A stretch of 64,000 nt of DNA, from the NCBI RefSeq assembly GCF_009914755.1, contig NC_060933.1; one strand, written 5' to 3'. The position numbers were made by a program, and so were the translations under genes. How positions within the stretch are numbered: position 1 is the stretch's first letter; each line of letters begins with the position of its first letter. The notes beneath the pieces were generated by a model. That model was not told the origin of the DNA. It did no database searches and worked only from the letters and a program-made list of their open reading frames with translations. This document shows positions 51,647-64,000 of this stretch, piece after piece. The DNA is from the human T2T-CHM13v2.0 reference genome, Homo sapiens.

Positions 51647-52171
51647 ACTTCAGATATCTTGCACTGGTCAATGCAAAAGGAAAGAAACACAATAAGTGGT
51701 AAAACTATAAAAAAGAAAGGCTCAAAATTATTTTTCACATATTTTATGATTATTTACCTAGAAAATTCAAAAGATCAACTAGGGACTATTACAATTAATC
51801 AGAGAATTCAGTAAGATGCTGACTTAAAAGATTTATTCAAAAATCGATGCCTTTCCTATGTACTAGCATTAATCACCTAGAATATATGATGGAAAAAAGA
51901 TGACATTCACCGTAACAACAAAAATAGAAAATATCCAGCAACAAACTTAGCAATAAATGTGTGAAGCTCAACTTAACATAAAAGTAGGAATTGACTATAT
52001 GGAAACACCTGCTGTGTTCATGGGAAAGAAGATGAAAATTTGTCAATTCCATTAAGATTAATCCATACATTTAATTCCATTCCAATTAAATCCCAAATGT
52101 ATTTTCTTACTTGCAATGTTAGCTCACTGGGAATTATAAATAGTCAAGAATGCCTAAGAACATCTTGATAA

Positions 52172-52527
<356 letters not shown>

Positions 52528-52882
52528 AGAGGCAAAAGCAACTTCTAAGGTCAGATATTAAAATGCAAGAAGCAAGAGGGTGATGCGGTGTTGTCACTGC
52601 TCCATTGCCCACGGTGGAATCTTGGTTTCTAGAACAGTACCTGGTCCACAGAACTACTCGATACATATTCATTGAATGAGCAAGTTACTGAGTGAATGAA
52701 TGAAAAAAAATGCATCACGAGGATATTATAGTTCAATACACTTTGAATTGGTAAAATTAAACACATGATATAAAAAACATGAGTATACATAACTAATATA
52801 TGATAAACGTGGCATTTCAAATCAGTAGGAAAAAACATGAGTTACTTAAAAAATAGTGTTGGGGTAATTGGCTAACCATTTA

Positions 52883-53233
<351 letters not shown>

Positions 53234-53379
53234 TTAAGCAAATTATGTTGCATCAATATGATGGAATGCTGTGGACCCACAAAAATCATGTTATGAATGA
53301 TATTTATTGGCATGGGTCATGAAATTGCTCAGTGGAAAAGGGAACAGGAAACAAAATTGACAATGTAGTTCAAAAGACA

Positions 53380-53610
53380 AATGAAGGAGTCAGAGCTTGG
53401 ATTCACATTTCGGCTCCATGATTGCTAGTAAGCTGTGTGACCTAAAGCAAGTTACTTAGGCTTTCTGTGCCTCAATTTCCTCATGGCCAAAACAGCAATA
53501 ATAAAAGCACTTATTCATTCTTGAGAAGGATGAATATGAGAAAATGCATGCAAAGTACTTGGCATTGTATCCGGCACATAGTAGGTGCTCTGTAAATGTT
53601 CGCTGTTATC
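53380..53610 (+). mobile_element. MIR near full length
   Basis: ggagtcagagcttggattcac...gctgtgtgacctaaagcaagttactt...ggcacatagtaggtgctc. Confidence 0.88.
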
Positions 53611-53614
53611 ACAG

Positions 53615-54175
53615 CATTTACTGAGCACCTCCAGTGCCCCTGAGGGTACAGAGATGTGTGGGACACAATCCTTGGAGGTGCTTACAGGCTGGGAGGGAAT
53701 GAGGAGATGAAGCCTTCTGTGAGCAGTTGATACCTACCTTATGCGTTAGGTTCTCCAGCAGGGGAAGCACATGCGTTCTGGGGACAGAGGAGGAACCTGG
53801 CCTCACCAGCAGGTAAGAGAAGGTTTGCCCTGTCTCCTTAGTCTTGAAGAACCATCAGAAAATGAGAAAGAGGAGTGTTCCAGGCTGCAGGAACAGCTTG
53901 GGCAAGTGAGAAGCGAGCCAGCTGCATGGGTGTATTGATGATGTTGAGGTAGGGGTGAGAGGTGAGGACGGAGAGAAAGGGGAGAGCAAAGGATTGTGGG
54001 TACCCAGTTAGTCATCTGTGGTCTACTAGCATGGCAGGCAGAGGGCTGCAGTGTCGGATGGGCAGTTTATAATCACTGCCCTGGCTGCTGGGTAGAGAGT
54101 GGATTGAATGGAGGAAGCTGGAGTCAGGGAGACAGCGAGGAGGCCAGTGTGGACACCCGGTGGAAGTGACAACAC
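53615..54175 (-). mobile_element. LINE-2
   Basis: agcatttactgagcacctccagtgcc...atcactgccctggctgctgggtagagagtggattg. Confidence 0.7.
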
Positions 54176-54839
54176 AGGGAGGTGACACAGGAAGGAATGA
54201 AATGCCTGAAGCCAGTGTTAAGGAGCCAGCTCCAAGGACCAGGGGCAGATGGGATGCTGTAGATGGGATGGAAAGAGCCCAGGGCAACACACGGGACTCA
54301 GCCCCAAGCCCCGGGGAGGATGGTGGAGAACAGGAAGAACAGGCTTACGGGAAGGTGGGACATGTTGATTCTGGACAGTTGATGAGAAGTGCATCTGGCC
54401 TCCAGAGATGGCCCAGAGCAAGCAGAGAGACCCTTGGCTCTGAGCCACCACAACACCCTGTGTGCCAGAGAGGCACTCCCAGGACACCAGCCTCGTGTGG
54501 AAAGAAGGGCCAGGAGGTCTTCCTGGGAGCACTGTGGGACAGGCATGGCATGGAGGCCAGCGGAGATGCCCAGGAGTGACTGTCAGAGCCACAACAGGAG
54601 GAACCAGAGGGCTTCTTGACATGGCAGCATCCCAGGAAGGAGAGGATGGGAGGAAGTGAGTTGGGGACAGAGTCAAACAGTCAAACAGAGACACAGGAGA
54701 CAAGAAGAAGGGCTCCACGGATTGGCAACAAGGGTACCAATGGGCAGTTAACATGACCACATTCAGTGGAGGTGGGAGCTGGGATGGCACATGGTAGGGT
54801 GGGGGCAGCCAGCTCACAGGGGCCCAGAAGCCAAATATG

Positions 54840-55798
<959 letters not shown>

Positions 55799-55799
55799 C

Positions 55800-57135
<1,336 letters not shown>

Positions 57136-57228
57136 CCTCATGGATCCGAGAGCCAGTTCTGAATGGGCACTTGTGAAACTGGACCCCAAGTCAATGTGTT
57201 TTTCATGCCTTGGTTCTAGGGTCTTGAT

Positions 57229-57584
57229 GGGAAAGGTTAGGGAAGGATTTCATGGCTGCTGGGTGAGGACCATTGGGCAGCAGATAGAGGCTGCTGGGAT
57301 GAGAACAAAGTGAAACTGTTGGGAAAATCCACAGAACTGCAGCCCTGGATCTGCTATCCTTGGAGGTGACTCTGCATGCGGACAGCAGGTCTCACAGGCA
57401 GACACCAAGCCAGAGACTTGGCCAACAGGACCTGAAGTGGGGCCTGGGGGTGCCCAGCACACTGTAGGCTGAATGCCCCAACTGGAGTGGTGCGGTTGAC
57501 CCGTTATTAGGGACATGAAGGCTCTTGACCTTGGCCTTGGGCTGGTGTGGCTGGCCCCTCGGGGCAGGAGTACCAGGGGCTGTG
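57229..57584 (+). repeat. Inverted duplication, left arm
   Basis: ~85% identity to the reverse complement of 58193-58596 by manual alignment. Confidence 0.95.
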
Positions 57585-58192
57585 TCATACAGGCCAGCAA
57601 AGGCAGGGAGCGGCTAGAATAGGGAGCGAGAAGAGCTTTCCTGCAGAGGCCATGCCCTGGGCAAAAGCTTAGAGAAGGGGAGGAGCTAGGCTTGGCTGCC
57701 CACCGCCCTCGCTGTGCCTTCAGGCCTCCTCCCTGGCTGCTCACTCCTTTTGTCTGTGTAAGTGTTATTTCTGCAAATGTAATAAACCCCTGTGCCTTCC
57801 AAGCACAAACTTGCTTCTCAGAACCATGCAGCTAAAATGACTGCTTAATGGAGCTAATGAGATGCCTGTTTGTTCTGACCCAGAGGACAGGAGGAACCCC
57901 CAGGAGCAGGCACCAAGGCACTGATTAGGGGCAGGGCCCAGCCAGCCCCACAGCTGTTAACTCCTGGGGTGCCTGAGTGGGGCACCTGTCTCCCCTCCAT
58001 CTTGCCATGGGGCCAGCGTGCCAGAGAGAAAGGACAGCTTCGGCAGGGTCCCCTGGCTTCCCTGTCACCTTCAGGCCTTGCCAGTCTCAATGGGGACTTC
58101 AAGGGGAGAGCCCTGGGCTGAGGTCAGGAGATCTGAGTGACCTCCTGTCACACGCTCCACCAACTCATGGTTAGTGAATCAACTGTGTCAGG

Positions 58193-58596
58193 CACAGCCC
58201 CTGGTACTCCTGCCTTTGGGGGTCAGTCACGCCAGCCCAAGGCCGAGGTCAAGAGCCTTCATGCCCCCAGTAATGGATCTCTGTGCTGCTCCAGGTGGGG
58301 CATTCATCCTACAGAGCGCTGGGCACTTCCAGGCCCCACTTCAGGTCCTGTTGGCCAAGTCTCTGGCTTGGAGCCTGCCTATGAGACCCGCTGCTAGTGT
58401 GCGAGGTTACCTTCGAGGATAGCGGTGCTATCCTCCATCCATGGTGCTTTCTATTCCTCCAAATGCAGCCCAGAAGACCCAGGGCTGCAATTCTGTGGAT
58501 TTCCCAACAGTTTCACTTTGTTCTCATCCCAGCAGCCTCTATCTGCTGCCCAGTGGTCCTCACCCAGGAGTCTTAAAATCCTTCCCTGCCCTTCCC
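58193..58596 (-). repeat. Inverted duplication, right arm (with 51-bp insertion)
   Basis: See 57229-57584. Confidence 0.95.
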
Positions 58597-58644
58597 TTCA
58601 CTTCTTTAAAGGTTGTACTGGCCTTTAAAGAAGTGTCATTACAT

Positions 58645-58885
58645 TGCAGAGAGGCTGCTGGAGCCACTCAGCCTGGGCTCAAATCCTGGCTCCAAGACTT
58701 AGACACATTGTGACCTTGGACACGTTGCTAACTGCTCTGTGCCTCAGTTTCCTCATCCTCAAGTGGGGATGATGATATAGTAGCTCCTTCCTCATAGGGT
58801 GTTTTCGTGAGAAGTACAGGAATTAATACCTGTATAATACCTAGAATAGTGCTGGGAGTGTCTAAGTACTGTGCAAGTGTTCTGT
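58645..58885 (+). mobile_element. MIR
   Basis: gcctgggctcaaatcctggctcc...tgtgcctcagtttcctcatc. Confidence 0.85.
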
Positions 58886-58924
58886 AACTGTCATAAATTT
58901 ATTTGCATAACTGTTCCACTAAAA

Positions 58925-59070
58925 TAATTTACTGAGCGCTTAACCACATGCCAGGCACTAAGCCTAGCATTGTACCTGCTGTATCTTACTGAATCCTCAC
59001 ATGAACTCCAGGATGGACATGCTACTGTACCCATTTTATGGAGGAGTACACCGGCCCAGGTTTACACAGT
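58925..59070 (-). mobile_element. MIR
   Basis: tttactgagcgcttaaccacatgccaggcact...cccattttatggaggag. Confidence 0.75.
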
Positions 59071-59219
59071 GCTTCTGGCCTCACCCACCCTGTTCTCTTC
59101 TCCTCTTCATCCAAATTTCTTTCTGTCCAGGTACATAGAGCTCCATGTTTCTCCAGGCCCCATGTTCCTCTCGATAGTCACTTTATTGATTGAGTTATAC
59201 ATTTATTTATCATCTTAAG

Positions 59220-59720
59220 CCTTCATTTTAAAATATATTTTCACATTTATAGAAAAATTGCAAGAATAGTACAGAGAATACCTATATACTTTTTATTCCG
59301 ATTTACCAAGTCTTATTTTACCTCACTGGTTTTATCATTGTGATCTCTATCTCTTGCTCTCTCTCGGCATATATCCATATATATGAACGTACATCTATGT
59401 GTACATACGTATATATGTATGTGTGTGTGCATGTGTATATAAGTACACACATGTCTATATATACACACACATACATGCATATATATGCATATATATTTTT
59501 TCTCCTAAATACTTTGAGAGTTATTTGCAAATAACATGATGTCCCTTTGTCTACAAATATTCAGGGTGTATTTCCTAAGACAAGGACTTTCTCTGAGGTA
59601 AAGTGTATTTATCAAGAGCATGAACTGTAGGATTATAATACTCTTATTTATTCCATAGTTCTTATTCAAATTTATCCCAATAATGGGAGGGGGAATTACA
59701 TTCCTATAATGCCATTTACA
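59220..59720 (-). mobile_element. L1MC/ME-like 3' end with (TA/CA/TG) low-complexity tract (59368-59495)
   Basis: atagaaaaattgcaagaatagtacagagaatacc...gtgtatttcctaagacaaggac. Confidence 0.75.
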
Positions 59721-59724
59721 GCTA

Positions 59725-62700
59725 TTTTATTTACTTAAATTTTAAGTAAAAATTAAAATGGAGATATTAACCATTTCTAAATGTACAACTCAGTGGTTTT
59801 TAGTGTATTTACAATGTTATATAGTCATCACCTCTCTCTCATTCCAGAACATTTTCATCACCCCAAAAAGAAACCCATTGTTAATTAGTCCATTCTCATG
59901 CTGCTAATAAAGAAATACCTGAGACTGGGTAATTTATAAAGAAAAAGAGGTTTAATGGACTCACAGTTCCACATGGCTGGGAGGCCTTACAATCATGGCA
60001 GAAGGTGAAGGAGAAACAAAGGCACGTCTTACATGGTGACAGGCAAAGAGGGCCTGTCCAGGGGAGCTTCCCTTTATAAAACCGTCAGACCTTGTAAAAC
60101 TTATCCACTGTCATGAGAACAGCACAGGAAAGACCCACCCCCATGATTCAATTACCTCCCATTGGGTCCATCCCATGACACTAGGAATTATGGGAGCTAC
60201 AATTCAAGATGAGATTTGGGTGGGGACACAGCCAAACCATATCACCCAGTATCCATTAAGCAATCACTCCCCATTCTTCCCTCCTCCCAGATTCTGGCAA
60301 CTAATAATCTATTTTCTGCCTCTGTGGATTTGCCTATTGTGGACAGTTCATATAAATGGAATCTCATAACATGTGGCCTTTTGGTCCTGGGTTCTTCCAT
60401 TTACCACAATGTGTTCCAGATTCACCCACATTGTAGTATGGATCAGAACTTCATTCCTCTTTATGGCTGAATAACATTCTATTTTATGGGCATACCACAA
60501 TTTGTTTATCCATTCATCAGTTGATGGGCATTTGGATTGTTTCCACTTTTGACTATTGTGAATATTGCAGCTATGAGCATGTGTATACAAGCTTGTGTGT
60601 AAACATGTTTTTAGTTCTCTTTGTTACACATCTAAGAATGGAACTGCTGGGTCATATGGTAACTCTATATTTAATATTTTGAGAAAATTTCAAATTGTTT
60701 TCCACAGGAGCTGCCCCTTTCTACATTCTTACTGGCAATGTATTAAGTTCCAATTACTCCACATTCTCACCAACACTAGTTATTTTCCTGTATTATTCCT
60801 ATGTTATTTTCCTTATTTCCAAGTAATGACAACACTTGTTATGAAAAATTATAGTAGCCATCCTAGTGAATGGGAGGTGGTATCTCACTGTGGTTTTGAT
60901 TTCCATTTCCCTAATGGCTAAAGATGTTAATAATATTTTCCTGTGCCTGTTGGCCATTTGCATTTGTATATCTTCTTTGGAGAAAAATCTATTTCAGTCC
61001 TTTGCCCATCTTAAAATTGGATTGTTTATCTTTTTGTTGTTGAGTTATGAGAGTTCTTTATATATTCTGGGTACAAGATCCTTTTTCAGATGTATGGTTT
61101 GCGTGTACTTTCTCCCATTCTGTAAGCTTTTATCTACTTTCTTGATAATATTTTTTGATGCATGGAAGTTTTTTATTTTGATGAAGTACAAATAATATGT
61201 TTTTTCTTTTGTTTCTTTATGCTTTTGGTGTAATATTTAAGAAACCATTACCTGATCCACAAAGTCATGAGGGTTTACACCTACATTTTCTTCCAAGAGT
61301 TTTATAGTTTTAGCTCTTACATTAAGGTCTTTAATTCATTTGGAATTAATTTTTGTATATGGTGTGAGAGAGGAATCCAGTTTCATTCTTTTGCATATGG
61401 ATAGCCAGTTGTCCCCATACCATTTATTGAAGGGGCTTTTCTCTCCCCCATTGAATGGCCTTAGTATTCCTGTTGAAAAATCATTTGATCATAAATGTAT
61501 GGATTTATTTCTGGATTCAATTCTAGTGCATTGATCTCTATGTTTGTCCTTATGCCAGCACAACACTGATTTTGATTCATGTAGCTTTGTCATAAGTTTT
61601 GAAATAGGAAAGTGTGAGTACTCCAACTTTGCTTTTCCTTTTAAAGGTTGTTTTGACTATCCTTGTAATTCCATGTGAATTTTAGAACCCACTTGTCCAC
61701 TTCTGAAAAAAATAAGGTAGCTGGGATTTTGTTAGAGATTGCATTGAAATTTGTAGATCATTTTTGAGAGCATTGTCATCTTAACAATATTAAGTCTTCT
61801 GATCCATAAATGTGAGATCTTTCCATTTATTAAGATTGTCTTCAGTTTTTCAGCTGTGTTTTGTAGTTTTCAGTGTACAAGTCCTTCACTTTCTTGATTT
61901 AATTTATTCCTAAGTGTTTTATTATTTTTGATGCTACTACAAATACAATTGTTTTGTTAATTTCATTTTTTTCGCATTATTCATTACTAGTGCATAGAAA
62001 TACAATAAGTTTGTATATATTTATCATGTATCCTGCACCTTTGCAGAATTTGCTTATAGTTCTAAGTTTTGGTTAAGTTTTTTTGTTTTTTTAAGTTTTT
62101 TGGTTAAGTTCTAAGTTTTGGTTTAAGTTTTTTGGTTTGTTTGAGAATTATTTAGGGTGTTTTACATATAAGAACCTGCCATTTACAAATAGGATAATTT
62201 TACTTCTTCCTTCTAATCTGGATGCCTTTTACTTCTCTTTCTTGACTAATTGCCCTGGCTCCACCCTTGCATTACAGGGATAAACCTCACTTGGTGTTAT
62301 GATGTACAATCCTTGTAATATGCTGCTGGATTCAATTTGCTAATATTTTATTAAGGATTTTTATATCTATATTCATAAAGGATATTGGTCTGTGGTTTTC
62401 TTGTGTTGTCTTTGTCTAGCTTTAGGATCAGGGTAATAGTGATCTCATGTGATAAGCTATAAAGTGTTTGCTTCTTTTCTGTTTTTTGGAAAAGTTTGAG
62501 AAATATTGGTGTTAATTCCTCTTTAAACATTTGGTAGAATTCATTAGGGAAGCCATCATCTGGTCCTGGACTCTGTTAGAAGTCTTCTGGTTACTGATTT
62601 AATCTCTTTTATTCTCATAGGTTTGCTTAGGTTTCTAGTTCATATTCAGTTAATTTTGATAGTTTCTGTGTTTTTAGGTATTTGTCTGTTTCATCTAGAT

Positions 62701-64000
62701 TATCCAATTTGTTGGCATACAGCTGTTCATAGTATTCTCTTATAATCCTTTTTATTTCTACAAGGTCAGTAATGATATCCCACTTCATTCCTGGTTTTAA
62801 TAACTTGAGTCTTCTCTCTTTTTTTCTTGACTAATCTAGCTAAGAATTTGCCAATTTTGTTGATCTGTTCAAAGGACTAACTTCTGATTTTCTCTATTGT
62901 TTTTCTATTCTCTATTTTATTTACCTCTGCTGTAATATTTTTCTCATTCTGCTTGCTTTGGCTTAATTTGCTCTTCTTTTTCTTTTCTTAAAGCATAAGC
63001 TTATTTTATTAATTTCATGTCTTTCTTCTTTTTAAATGTAGGTGTTTGCAGCTATAAATGTACCTCTGAGTATTACTTTTACTGCATCCCCTAAACTTTG
63101 GTATGTTGTATGTTTATTCTCATTTATTTCAAAGTGTTTTCTGATTTTGCTTGTGATTACTTCTTTGGCCCCTTGTTTATTTAGGACTATGTTGTTTAAT
63201 TTCTACATATTTGTGAATTTTCCAAATTTCATTCTATTATTGGTTAGTAATTTCATTCCATGTGGTTAAAGAAGATACTTTGTATGATTTATATATTTTA
63301 AATATATTAAAACTTGTTTTGTGGCCTAACATGGTTTATCCTGGAGAATGTTCCATGGGTACTTGATAAGAATGTGTATTCTGCTATTGTTGGATGGAGT
63401 GTTCCATGGATGTCTGTTAAACCTAGTTGGCTTATAATGTTGTTCAGGTCCCCTATTTCCTTGCTGAACTTCTGTCTAGTTGTTGCATACATTATTGGCA
63501 GTGAAATATTGAAGTTTCCAGCTGCCACTAGTGAACTATCTATTTTCTCCCTTCAGTTCTGAAGCAGATACTGATTTGCTTTATGTATTTTGGGGCTCTG
63601 TTGTTAGATGCATATATGTTTATAATTGCAATACCTTTTTGATGGATTGGACCTTTTATCATTGTATAACGTCCTTCTTTGTGTTGTAAGAATTTTTGTC
63701 TCAAAGTCTATTTTGTCTCATATTAGTATAGTCACTCCAGCTCTGGTTACTTTTTGTATAGAATATCTTTTTGCATCCTTCTACTTTCAATATATTTGTA
63801 TCTTTTAATCTAAAGTGAATCTCCTATACATGACACATAATTGGGTCATTTTTTTCAGCCATTGTGCTGTTCAATTGGAGGGTTTAATCCATTTACATTT
63901 CATGTAATTACTGATAAGGAATCACTTGCTTCTGTCATTTTGTGCCATTACAGCTTTATTTTATGTTGGATAGAGATGTTCTAAAGTACCATTTTAATTC
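59725..64000 (-). mobile_element. L1MA/MB-like element, 3' end and ORF2, interrupted by THE1, with internal deletion near 62260
   Basis: ttaaccatttctaaatgtacaactcagtgg...tttgtttatccattcatcagttgatgggcatttgg... Confidence 0.9.
59879..60244 (-). mobile_element. THE1B/C MaLR solo LTR
   Basis: tgttaattagtccattctcatgctgctaataaag...gggacacagccaaaccatatca; TSD cccat/cccag. Confidence 0.93.

Noticed and set aside
58645-59070. Tail-to-tail inverted MIR pair as a hairpin source
   Set aside because: Too diverged to show convincing base-pairing by eye

Overview
Primate (most likely human) non-coding genomic DNA. It carries Alu J/S subfamilies, THE1, MLT2A1 and MER85, plus ancient MIR, L2, L1M, MaLR and hAT relics. 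I find no supportable protein-coding exon, RNA gene or CRISPR array. The ORF track is explained by repeats, microsatellites and chance. GC-rich MIR/L2 segments (1-15.8 kb, 29-59 kb) alternate with AT-rich L1 blocks (16-29 kb, 59-64 kb). Several repeat-free islands dense in HOX/TALE/FOX/SOX/TCF motifs look like developmental enhancers (about 13.9, 31.6, 41.6 and 43.4 kb). The most unusual signals are visible directly in the sequence: (1) a 96-bp near-perfect AT-rich palindrome; (2) a ~360-bp non-TE inverted duplication carrying a snap-back insertion; (3) four further local templated copies (28, 41, 54 and 171 bp) resembling polymerase-theta-type repair scars; (4) a near-intact MER85 piggyBac MITE with its PGBD3-binding palindrome; (5) an MLT2A1 LTR integrated together with 33 bp of internal/PPT sequence inside a 5-bp TSD. 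Repeat subfamily names come from recalled consensus sequences, boundaries of old repeats are approximate, and I could not identify the locus.
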